DNA from: Camelus dromedarius
Taxonomy: Eukaryota
Direction of reading: 5' to 3'
DNA length: 64,000 nt
Assembly: GCF_036321535.1 (NCBI RefSeq)
Contig: NC_087437.1
Span: forward strand, 119,414,001-119,478,000
The translations under genes and the position numbers were made by a program. Below are positions 39,740 to 51,560 of the stretch, one piece after another; position 1 is the first letter of the stretch; each line of letters opens with the position of its first letter. The notes under the pieces are model-generated. The model made no database searches and was not told where the DNA came from. It was given only the letters and a program-made list of their open reading frames with translations.

Positions 39740-42700
39740 TGGTTAGAGGTCAAACTTCAGAGAAGGACCCAGAGCACAGAAGTCGTAGTCGAGGGCTTCA
39801 AAACAACTGTGACAAATGTGTCAAAAATAGAGTAAAAGAGAGGCAGAGTGGATGCCAGGAAGGAGCATGCCAATGGAGAACTGGAGTCCACAGAAAGCAT
39901 CACACGGACATTCAAGAAGCACAAATAAATATTCAGAATGAGGGAGTCTCAGATGGCTTTGACAGCAGACTGGATGCAGCAGAACACAAGGTTAGTGTGG
40001 CTGAAGACAGATGGAGAGAAAATACCCAAAACGAATCACAGAGAGAAAAAAAGGTAAAAACAGAGCAAAGGGTAAGACATGTAGGAAGAGCGTGGCCAGC
40101 ACCCACCTGGGTGTCCGCAGAGTCCCGGAGAAGAAGGGGAGGGGGAGGGACAGGAGAGGGAGAAGGGGACTCAGGGAGAAGGGGACTCGGAGGGAAGGGG
40201 GAGTGGAAGGAGCATATTTGAAGAAACAGTAGCCAAACATTTTCTAAATCTTGTGAAAGATAGCAACCCACAGATTCAAGAAATTAATTCCAATCAGGAT
40301 GAACAATTAAAAAAAAAAATCAAACTTAGGCACATCAGCAAACTATCTATTATTGTCATTAACAAACGACTTCAGGAAATTCACTAATATGTGGAAATTA
40401 AACACTATGCTAAGTCACCAACAGTTCAAAGAAGAAATCACAAGGGAAATTAGAATACACTTTGGGATGATTGAAAATTAAAATACAAGATACCAGAATC
40501 TGCGGGATGCAGTGAAAGCAGTGCTTAGAGGGGAATTTATAGCCATAAATGCAATGTTAAAAAAGGACACCTCAAGTCAATAAACTAAACTTCTGCCTGA
40601 AGTACCTAGAAAAGAAGAGCAAACTAAACCCAAAGCAAGCAGAAGGAAGGAAATAATAAAGGTTAAAGCAGGAATATGTGCTTATTTATTTAGGAAAAGA
40701 TTCCTACATGATCTTTGAGGAAGATTACAAGATACAAAGTCAGTATAGAAAAATCAATCATATTTCTACACACTAGCAGCACATGATTAGTCAGTGCGTT
40801 TAAAATATATCAGTGTTCGAGCAGGGAGGTAGCTAGATATGAGCAGAGAAAGGGGGACACGGACCAAATGGTAGGAAACCATAAGTCTTGTGAACAACGG
40901 GGGTCCTTGGACAGACCAAGAAAAGCAGGAACCTCCAGGCTGATAAGAAGCCATACAATCTGGGTTGACAAGTGTCCTGGAGGCAAAGAAAGGTGGGACA
41001 AAACAGGAATCTCCACCGTCCGAATGTAACCTTTCGCTTATGATACTCCGACAGAATGTAACCTTTTGTTCATTATGACCCCATCCGACTTCCCGAACAA
41101 AACTAAATAAGGGCAAAAAAGACAACCCCAAGCCCCTCCCTGTCCTTGAATATTCTGCCTGTTCATTTTCACACCCCATGTAGCCACCTTGCCAAGGAAA
41201 CTCGGGGCGGCTCCCCATCTGGGTCTGCGCACTTTCCCCTTGAAAGTGAACTGTCTAACCCTTAATAAATCCTTGTTTTGCTCTCTTGAACTTTGTGTCT
41301 CATTTCTTAATTCTTTCTGCAACAAGACAAGAATCTGCTCTCTGACATCATTTACAATAACAATATTACAAAAAATATAAAAAAGAATAAATCTAACTAA
41401 AGATGGACTGAAAAGATTATAGCACTGTAGAGAAACTACAGACGACACATAAATTCAGGGATACCCCAGAGTCGTGGGTTAGGGTATTTGATGCTGTTAA
41501 GACGTGATCTTCACACAAAGTGGTCGCTAGATGAGTGCAGTCCCAGTCAGAACCCCACTGAGGCTTGCTTTCTTCTTTCTCCTCCCCCCTCCCCACATTT
41601 TCATAACAATTGGCAAGCTAATTATGAAGTTCATATGGAAATACAAAGGATCCGGGACTCTATTCTACCCCAGGTCTTACTTTCAAACTACAGAATGAAG
41701 ATGACGTGGCATTGGTGTAAGACCAACGGACAGACGGATGGAAAAGAATAGATGTTCCAGAAACGCGCCCCCCTCCCTTGCATGGAGACCTGATTAATTC
41801 GAAGTGCTGGTGCAATGCAGCGGAGAAAGGACTTCTTTTTCAGTAAACTGGCGCTGGAACAATTAAACAAGCAAATGGAAAAATGCACCTTGGCCTCCTG
41901 CCTTTCAGCATGCATAGAAATTAATTCAAGATGGATCATAAACTTAGATGTGGAAACAGAAACCATGGTGCCTCTAGAAGAAAGCAGAAAACATTTTCAC
42001 ATTCTTGTGGTGGGCAGAAATTTCTTAAAAACATACACGTAAGAAAAATGAAACCATAAAGGAACATATTGGTAAATTGGATTTTATTAAAACTAAGGAC
42101 TTCTATCATCAAAATTACATCAAGAAATCCTACAAATCAATACTAAAAACAAAACGACACCATTTTCAAATAGGGGAAAACGGAGCAAGCAGGTCATTAG
42201 TTGATACAGAAAGGCAAATTAAAACCGTGGTGATGTAATTACCGTACCTATCAGAATAGCCATATTAAAAAAAAAAAACTGAAAATGCAAAGTGATGACA
42301 AAGACGCGGACCAGTGGGAACTCTTACACTGCAGGGTGGGAATGTAAATCGGCATAAATTTGGGAAACTGGTTGGTAGGATCTACTCAGGTTAACCATGT
42401 TCTTGTCCATGACCCATCCATTTCACTGCTATGTACATTCTCAAGAGAAAGGAGTGTTTATGTCCACCAAGCACCTTTGCTTATAATAGCCCCAAACCAG
42501 AAACAACTCAAGTGTCCATCCACAGAAGGATGGAAAAAGAAGTGGCGTAAAGGAAGGAACTCTAGGTATGTACAGCAACACGGGCGAATCTCAGAAACAT
42601 AATGTTGAGTGAAAGAAGCCATACGGGAAGTAGTACACACTGTGTTCCAATCGTACGAAGATCAGGGATAAACAAAACTAATGCGTGGTGACTGAGCCAG

Positions 42701-42900
42701 GCTAGTGTTACCTTTAGAGAAAGGAACTGGTTGGAAAAAGTCACCAGAAATTTTTACAGGATGAAGATGTTCTATTTTGTGATCTGGGTAGGGAGTATAC
42801 AGGCTTCTAGATATATAAATATAAGTGAATAGATATGTAAAATTCACCAAGCTTTACATTAAAATTCATGTGCTTTACTTAAAAAAAGAAAAGAAAAAAA
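39740..42900 (+). mobile_element. Degenerate, internally deleted LINE-1, interrupted by a solo LTR
   Basis: ORF1 coiled-coil-like DGFDSRLDAAEHKVSVAEDR; ORF2-type DNA gggatgcagtgaaagcagtgcttagaggg and aaagaagagcaaactaaacccaaagcaagcagaagg; L1-like 3' region with A-rich end at ~42900. Confidence 0.88.
40814..41347 (+). mobile_element. Solo ERV1-type LTR (534 bp) inserted in L1
   Basis: TG...CA termini, flanks tcag/tcat (4-bp TSD with one mismatch), AATAAA at 41264-41269, short U3 direct repeat; L1 sequence resumes on both sides. Confidence 0.85.
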
Positions 42901-42929
42901 CTCCTTCTTATAGGGAAAAAAAATTGCAA

Positions 42930-43090
42930 CTTCTGGGGCCAGACCTGACTATTTTGGATCTGAGACTGGTACTTTTTCGCTGTGTGACCCCAGGCAAGTT
43001 ACATACTCTCTCTGTGCCTTATTTCCCCACCGTGAATAATAACTGCCTAGCTCATGAAGTTGTGATGAGGATTAAGTGAATTACCAGCCC
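42930..43090. mobile_element. MIR SINE
   Basis: gctgtgtgaccccaggcaagttacat.ctctctctgtgcctta.tttcccca..gtgaa...gttgtgatgaggattaagtga core. Confidence 0.8.
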
Positions 43091-44214
43091 TCAGGCTCAC
43101 GGCAGGGGGCTGAGCATCCACTACAGCCTCAAGGCCATCAGTCCCTTTTACCGGGTGAGGGCCGAGCTCCCCTCAAGCTCTAAGGCCTCGGGTACATCCC
43201 CAGCTCACTTTTTTTCCACTTTGCAGCAATAGTCATTGGCTAGAGCGAACGTGACATGATGTTATTTAAGTTATTCTAGACCTTCCACTAAAGAATAATT
43301 AAGTTATTCTTTACCTTCCAGAGTAAAAAATACTCTGTTTACCTTTATTATGATCCTGTAGACCTTGATGAATTTCAGTTTTTGCTGTAATTGTTTCCAA
43401 TGTGTGTTACAAAAAAAAAAAAAAAAAAGAATTCCACCACGTTCACAAAGGCAAAATCTGTCATCTGATCAAACATGGGGAATGTCTAGATTTCACACCT
43501 GGTCAACCCGTGGACAGACGGGTAGTGGGAGCTCCTTTCTGCACAGCAACCTGGGAGGGCACAGAAATGCCCTTTAGTAACCTACTCACTTCCTGTTTTG
43601 TGCAGCAGCCATTACCCTGGGCCAGACTGTTGCACACGTGATTGCATCATGCCTGTTTTACAGCACTTCTCCTTGTAACTCACAACAGAAACGGGATCAC
43701 TCTCTGTGGTTTGGGGCTTCCGCGTGTCTGCTGTGGTGACAGCTGAAACCTGTCCTACATAAGGCAGGGGCTTCTTCCCTTCATTAATTGCCAAATAAAT
43801 ACACCTCGCCTCAGAAGGGTCTGTTCTGCAGCAGAAGGGCTCCTTGGGAAGTGCTTGTACCTAAGCTGTGGGTAAGTCACTGACAAAATGCATTTTAGTA
43901 AAAAAAAATTTTTTTAATATAAATATCCAGAGTAAATGTGACTAAGTAGATGTAGGTCAGGGGAGATAGACTCCATGCCTCCTAGGACAGTCAGCAAACA
44001 GGAATTTGTGATTTAAACTGAGATGAAAAGTGTCTGTGGCTTCAATCAGCCAGTCAACAAACATTGGAGGGCCTCCAGGGAGGCAGGTAAGCCGCCGTGA
44101 GAACCAGTCACAGCCTCCCCGGTCCTCTGGGTCTGCTCTGGGGGAAACAACAACAAATCTGTAAATCGGAAGGGCTGGGCATCAGCAAAAAGTAAGATGC
44201 CTTAATATATGTTC

Positions 44215-44505
44215 CCGTTGTACTGAGATGTCATTGGTATACAGCACGCTATGAGTTTAAGGTGAACAGCATGGTGAATTGATTATGTAGATTCTGTGAA
44301 GTGATGAGCACAGTATGTCTGGTTAACATCCGTCGCCTCACATAGTTACGGATGTGCTTTCTTGTGATGAGAACTGTTAAAAGACTTACTGTCTCAGCAA
44401 TGTTCACATATGCAATACAGTATCATTAACTCTAGCCACCGTGCTGTACTTTACATCCCCCGGACTTGCGTATCTTACAGCTGGGAGTTTTTACCTTTGT
44501 TCACC
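44215..44505 (-). mobile_element. L1 3' end fragment
   Basis: tttcttgtgatgagaact..taa..acttact.tctcagcaa..ttcacatatgcaatacagtat motif. Confidence 0.8.
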
Positions 44506-45229
44506 ATATTGATGCCTTAATATTTGACATGAGATACTGTCACTCTGAGGTTGGTGACCTTGGAGTTTCTTTGTATATTTATCCACCCATTTTTTTTTCT
44601 TGCAGAACATCCCACACGGCAGTTCATCTTAGGAGGCAAAGAGGAATAAAGCCATTTGGCCAGATGGTAAGCAGAAAAAACAATGAAAGATGGAGGAACA
44701 TGGAGGGTCAGGGTCTCCAGATGTGGAAAAAGTATTAGATGCATATGAGCCTCTCTCTCTTCGCTCTCCTGGGCTCCCAGGTGCCTTAACTACCCCATCT
44801 TATTCAACCATCACGGTGGTACTCTTTTTATTCCTATTTTACTGATGCAGATGAAGGCTTTGAGAGGTTAGGAACTGGCCCAGCATCACAGAGGACCAGT
44901 GATGAGGTTGCCATCCCACCCACCACTGTCTGCGTGCAGATGCCTGGGTGTGCAGGCGTGTATGTGCACACACACATTTGCACACACACTCACAGAGTTC
45001 TAGCAAGAAAGAAGAGCATCGTCCCTTCTGTTCTCACCTTCGCAAGTTGACAATTGACAAAGGGTGGTCACAAACACTCCTGGCTCTGCATTGGTTGTCC
45101 GGTTCCGGGAGACCCGACACCCTCTCCTCCTTGGTCCTCTCCCTCTTCATCTTCAAAGCCCCTGCACTCACTTCCTTGCTCCCACACTCCTCATAACATC
45201 TACTGTGCCTCACTCAGGATTGTTCTGTG

Positions 45230-47913
45230 ATGTTTGTATTTTGAGAGAATTATAGCTGTAAGAAAGAACACAGATAGATTCCGTGGAAGCCTTCACCCTG
45301 TTTCCCCGAGCGGTTACACTTGCAAAACTGTGGCAGAGCCCCGCAGCTGGGATGCTGAACTCGGTCCAGCCCGGATACAGAGCATTTCAGGCCCGCGAGG
45401 GTCCCTCCTGCTGCCCCCTTACAGCCACACCCTCTATCCTTCCGCTCCATCCCCTCCTTGACTTCTGACAGTCACAAACCTCCTCCCCGTTTCTATAATT
45501 TTGTTGTTTCGAGAATGTTACATAAATGGAATCACACAGTATGCAACCTCTTGGGATCAGCTTTTCCATGAGAATTCTCTGGAGGTCCACCCAGGCTGTT
45601 GTGTGCATCGACAGTCCTTTCCTTTTCACCGCTGAGTAGCATTCCACGGTGTGGGTGGGCCCCATCCACCTGTTGAAGGACTTCTGGGCTGTCTGCAGAT
45701 TTGGGCTGTTGCACATAAACCTGTCGTGAGCATTTGTGTACCGAGTTTTGTGAATGTAAGCCTTCGTTTCTCTGGGCTAGACGTCCAGGAGTACGACTGC
45801 GAGCTGAATGGCAGTTTCGTGCTCAGCTCTTGCAGAAACTACCGGGCAGCTTTCCAGGCTGGCTGTACCTCTCACATCCCACCAGCAAGGCGCGAGCGGT
45901 CCAGGTTATCTGCGCCCTCCAATTCGGTGGTGGCGCACTATTTTGTTTTTATTTTAGCCGTCCTAACTGTGAGCAGTGCCATCCGATTGCGGTTTTAACT
46001 TGCGTTCCTTTCATGGTTCATGCTGCTAAACTTCTCTTCACCTGCTTGTTTACTATCTGTATCTCTTTTTCTGTGAAATGTCCCTTCATGCCTTCTGCCC
46101 GTTTTCAGATTGGATTGCTTGGTGGTTTTCACCGTTGAGTTCTGAGAGGGCTTCACACGTTCCAGCCGCTGGTCCTCTGTCGGACGTGAGGTTTGCACTT
46201 ATTTTCTCCCCGTCTGTAGCTTGACTTCATCTTTCTAACAGCGCCTTTGTCCGAGGCAAGGTGGTTCATATTGATGCAGTCTCATTTATGAATGTCTCAT
46301 TTCATGGACCATGCTTTTCATGTTCAGAAGCTCTTTGCCTGGCCCTAGATGCCATATTTTCTCCTACCTTTTTCCCTAAAAGATTTATGATGTTACACTT
46401 AGATCTGAGATGCATTTTGAGTTGACTTTCACACAAGGCACAAGGCTGAGGCCAGCTTCTTTTCCTTTTTGCCTGCTGATGTCCAACTGCTTTAGCATCA
46501 TTTATGGAAAAAGCTGTTCTTCTTCCACTGAAGTGCTTTGAACCTATGTCAAAAGCAGTCAAGCGTATTCATGTGAGTCAAATTCCAGACTTTCCATTCT
46601 GTTCCGTTGATCTTTGTGTCTCTCCCTTTGCCAAACAGCCTGGATTACTGGAGCCATAAGTAGTCTTGAAATCAGGTAGACTAATTTCCCCCTACTTTCT
46701 TCTTCTTTCATAAAATTGTTTTAACTATTCTAATTCCTTTGCCCTACTAAAACTTTTAGACTACTCTTGTTTATGTCTACAGAAAAAACTTGTTGGGATT
46801 TTGATAGGAATTGCATCAAACCTGTATATCAATCTGGAAATAATTGACATCTTTACCACGTTAATTCTTCCAAATCCATAAACATGACTTGTCTCTCCAC
46901 TTTTAAAGGTTTTCTCTGATCTCTTCCATCAGCACATTGTAGTTGTTAGTATACAGACCCTACACATGTTTTTGTTGGGTCTGTACCCAAGTATTTACTT
47001 TTGTTTGAGCAATTGTATATGATACACTATTTTAGAGTTTGGTGTCCGTAAGTTCATTGCTAGGATATAGACATAAAATTTATTTTTGTAGGTTTACCTT
47101 GCATCCTGTGACCTTGCTGGCCTCACTTACTGCTTTAGGATTGTTTTTGTTGATTCCTTGGAATTTCCTATGAAGACAAGGATGCCATTTGCAGCTGGAG
47201 ACAGTTCTGTTTTTCCCTTTCAAGTCTGTGTGCCTGTTACTCCTTTTACCTTCCACGCAGGTTAGAATTTCCAGCGCTTTGTTGAGTAAGAGTGGTGAAA
47301 GCAGATATCTTTGCATTATTCTTGCTCTTAAAGGGGCAGCATTCAGTCTGTCACCACCAATTAGAATGTTAGCTGTAGCTTTCTTGAAGCTGTTCTCTAT
47401 CAGGTTGAGGAAGTTGCCCTCAATTCCTGTTTTTCTGATAGTTTTTTTTTTTAAATCGTGAATAGGTGTTGAAATTGTCCCGTGTTTTTTAATGCATCAA
47501 ATGACATGATCATGTGATTTTCCTTCTTTAGTCTGTCACTACGATGCACGACATGAAGCAGTTTCAAATATTGAACCACCTTGGCCTGCCTGCAGTAAAC
47601 CCCCCTTGAACACAGTGCATAAGTTTCAAATTACATTGCAGAATTCTGTTTGCTGATATTTTGTTAAGGATTTTTGCATCTATATTTATGAGGGGTTTTG
47701 GTCTGTATTTCCTTTTTTTCATACTATCATTGTCTGGGACCAAGGGAATACTAGCCAAATTAAATCAATTGGGAAGAATTCCTTCCTAAACCATCTGGGC
47801 TTGGAGAGTTCTACATTGGGAGCTTTAAAATTATGAATTCAATTTCCTTAATAGGTACAGGGCTATTCAAATAACCTATTTTTAATATTATTATTTGCAG
47901 AGGGTAATTAGGT

Positions 47914-47964
<51 letters not shown>

Positions 47965-50900
47965 TGTTTAATGGAGGTACTGTGGATTGAACTCAGGACC
48001 TCATCACGCTAAGCACACACTCTACCCCTGAGCTCTACCTTCCCCCCAACTCAAATACCGTATTTCATATTCAGTGAATTGCAGGGAGTTTTAGGAATCC
48101 AAGTTGTCAAAATTATGTGTGTAGAGTCATTTGTTGTGTTCCCTGACCGTTCTTTGGACGTCTGTGGGGTCTGTAATGATACCCCTGCTCCCCCCAACTT
48201 TAACGTTGGTAATTTGTGCCCTCTCTTTTTTCTTTGTCAGTCTTGCTGGAGGTTTGTCAATTTTATTGATCATTTCTAAGAACCAGCTTTGTGTTTCATT
48301 GATTTTCTTTAATGTTCTTCTATTTTTAATTTGATTTATTTCTGCTTTTATCTTTATTATTTTCTTTTGGCTAATTTGGTTCTTCTTTTCCTGCATTCCT
48401 GAGGTGGGAGTTTATGTGATTGATCTGAGACTTTTCCTCATCTCCAGTTTACATGCCTTTTTAGTGCTGCAGATTTCCCTCTTTGCACTGCTGTAGCTGT
48501 GTCCCACAAAGGCTGGTATGTGTGCTTTCATTTCAACTCAGTTAACTGTAATTTGCACTGCCCTCAAGATCCCCTCCTCGGATTATTTCAGAATGTGTTG
48601 TTGTAGATTTGCAGTGTTCAGGGATTGTCCTATTGTCTTCCTGTTACTGATTCTTAGTGTGGTTACATTCGGGTCAGAGAGCACATGCTGTATAATTTCA
48701 GTTCTTTTAAGTTTGTTGAGATTTGTCTTACGGCCCAGGATACAGTCTATCTTTGTGTATGTTCCATGAACATTTGAAGAGAATGTGCATCTCCCGTCGT
48801 TGGATGGAGTGCTCTGTCAGTGCTGACTGGGTCCTGCTGGAACAGTGCTGCTGGGTTTCTGTCCAGCTGTTCCAGCAAGTATCAGGGGAGAGGTGTTGAA
48901 GCATCTGTCAGGCTTTGCTTCACATGTTTTATAGCTCTGTTGTGGTTCATACACACTTAGAACTGTTATGTTTTCATGGTGATTGGTCCTCTTGTCGTTA
49001 TACAACATCCCTTTCTATCTGTGGTCATTTTCTTTACCCGAAGTCTACTTTATCTGACATTTATGTAGCCCCTTCCCCGATTTCTTTAACGTTTGTATGA
49101 TATGCCATTTCCATCTTTTTACTTTCAAGCTGCCTATACCATAGGCATGTCTGAATTTCTTACAGACATTATGTAGTTGGGTTGTTTTTAATCCGCTCGG
49201 CCAATCTCTCTGTTTTTTAATTGGTGTAGTCCATTTACAGTTAACGTAAGTATTGACGTGGGGGGCCTGAGTATGCACTTAATCTTTTGTTTTCCCTGTG
49301 TTCTCTGTTTTTCATCTCCCTGTTTGTTTGTTTGTTTTTTTTCCTGCTCATATTTTTATTCTCTTTATAACTCCTTCTTGGGAATTACTTGAATATTGTT
49401 CAGAATTCCATTTTGATTTATCTATAGTGTTTTTTATATTTTTATTGAAGTATAGTCAGTTTACAATGTTGTGTTATGTGTGGTGTTTTGAATGCATCTC
49501 TTTGGGTAGATATTTAATGGTTTCTCTAGGTCTGTTATTACATAAGCACGATTTATCAGTCTACTGATGTCATAGTTTTATAAGTTTGAGTGCCATGTAG
49601 AAACTTCATCTCCCTTTATATCTCTTTGGCCTCCTTTGTTTATAATATAATTGTCTTAAATATTTACATACATTTAGAAGCACATCAGATAGTATTACAA
49701 TTTTTGCTTGTGTTATCAAACAAAATTTGGAAAATTCAATGGCAAAAGGAAAGTCTATTCATTTATGCACATTTTTACTTAGTGTTTTTTCTTCCTTCTT
49801 GATGTGCAGTTTCCTTATTTTCTTTATGTTTAAAGAACTTCCTTTATGCATTCTTTTGCGGTATGTCTCCTGGTGACAAATTCTGTCAGTTTTCCTTTGT
49901 CTGAAAGTGTCTTGATTTCCCTTCATTCCTGGATAGTTTTTCTGGATATAGAAATCTGGGTTGGCAGGTTTTTGTTTTTGTTTTTCAACAAGTGAGAAGT
50001 GTTCTGCTAACTCTTTCTGGCCTCTGCTGTTTCTGATGAAAAATGCACTGTCATTTTAATTACTTTTCCTCTCCAGGTAAGATGCCACATCTCTCTCACT
50101 GCCTTCATGATCTCTTCTCTGTCTCTAGTTTTCAGAAGTTTGACTGTGGTGTGTCTCGGTGTAGACTGTTTTAGGTTCACCATGTTTGCAGTTTGCTTGA
50201 CTTCTTGAATCTGTAGATTTCTGTCTTTTGCCAAATTGGGGGAATTTCTAGCCATTATGCTTTGGAGTCCCCTCTTCTGTGGCTGCTAGACCTTCTGCCG
50301 TAGTCCCGCGGGCCCCAGGCTCTGGTCATTGCTTGCACACCCTGTTTTCTTTACGTTGTTCAGACTGGGTGATCTCTGTTGTTCTATTTTCCAGTTCACT
50401 GATTCTTTCCTTTCCCCCCTCCATTCTGCTGTTGAGCCCATCCACTGAGTTTTTTATTTTGGTTATTGCATTTTTCAGTTCTAAAATTTCCATTTTCTTC
50501 TTTACATCTTCTATTTCTTTGCTGAGGCTTTCTATGTTTTCATTTATTTCAAGTGTGTTCCTAATGGCTCACTAAAGCACTTTTATATGACTGTTTTAAA
50601 TCTTTGTTAGTTAATTGTGGCATTTTTGTCATCGTGGTATCGGCGTCTATTGATTGGCTTTTTTTTCATTTGAATTGTGCTTTTCTTAGTTCTTGGATGA
50701 TGAGTGGTTTTTGATGGAAACCTAGATGTTTTCTGTATTATGTCAGGAGGCATTAGATCTTATTTGAGCCTTCTGTTTTAGCTGACTTCTGCCATCACTC
50801 AGGCAGGGGAAGGGGGAGGAGCACTGCTTCATCGCTGCCAAGCAAGGGTAGAAGTCCCGGTTCTCTGCTCAGCCTCTGCTGGCATCCAGGGGAGGGGCTT

Positions 50901-51560
50901 CTCGTTACTGCTGGGAGGGGTGGGAGTCCCGGCGCCCCCCGTGCCTCCCTGGCAGGGAGAGGTAGGGGACCTTACTACTGCTCCCCACACACTCTCCACT
51001 GGCATCACGGTCTGTGGGGAGTAGTGTTCTCATTACCACTGGGTGCTGGTGAAAGTCCAGACTCTGCTGGTTCTCCTCTGCCACCACCCCCACGAGGAAG
51101 AGAAAGGCTCCTTATTCCTGCCCACAGTGGGCAGACCCCGACCCCCGTTTGGTCGTCTTGGCATCACTTTGACAGGGGGTGACTGGGGGGGGCAGGCTTT
51201 GGAGCCTCACTGCAGCCCGAGGAGAGCAGCAGTCTAGGCTCCCCCTCCGTCCCCACTGGGGTGGGTGGGGTGCGAAGCCTGCCGGGTGATGTTTAGCTGG
51301 AGCAGTGAGCAGTGACCATCTACACATTTTCTACGGCGCTAGGTTGCTCCTTTTCTGTTCCTGTGGTTAGAGACAGTCTTTTGTGGGAGCTTTTTTGTTT
51401 GTGCCCTTTGGCATTTCCAGGTTGTTGGTTTCTTCATAGGAAAGTATGGGATATATGTGGCCAAAAGAAAACCCAGGGACCTCACCACAGCGTGCTTCCT
51501 GGGGTCCCAGGGCCCCCGGCCGGTCCGCCTTGACCTCCTCAGCTCCCAGAGTCCCCTCAT
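45230..51560 (-). mobile_element. Long degenerate LINE-1 (old L1M-type) with ORF1 and ORF2 remnants
   Basis: Minus-strand peptides: ORF1-like PNLAKDRNLQIQE..STPRHTTVKLLK (50007-50255); ORF2-like IKIKAEINQI..INETQSWFLEMINKIDKP (48127-48396), YRPKPLINIDAKILNKISANRI (47564-47758), LLSPLLLNKALEIL (47080-47316); collinear order, many stops and indels. Confidence 0.92.
47882..48047 (-). mobile_element. tRNA-derived SINE (vic-1-like) with expanded (TAAA)n, nested in L1
   Basis: Reverse complement ggggaaggtagagctcaggggtagagtgtgtgcttagcgtgatgaggtcctgagttcaatcc; TSD tcaaataacctattt (47867-47881) / tcaaataccgtattt (48051-48065). Confidence 0.88.

Noticed and set aside
45230..51560. Potentially active L1
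   Set aside because: ORF1 and ORF2 are broken by many stops, deletions and nested insertions.
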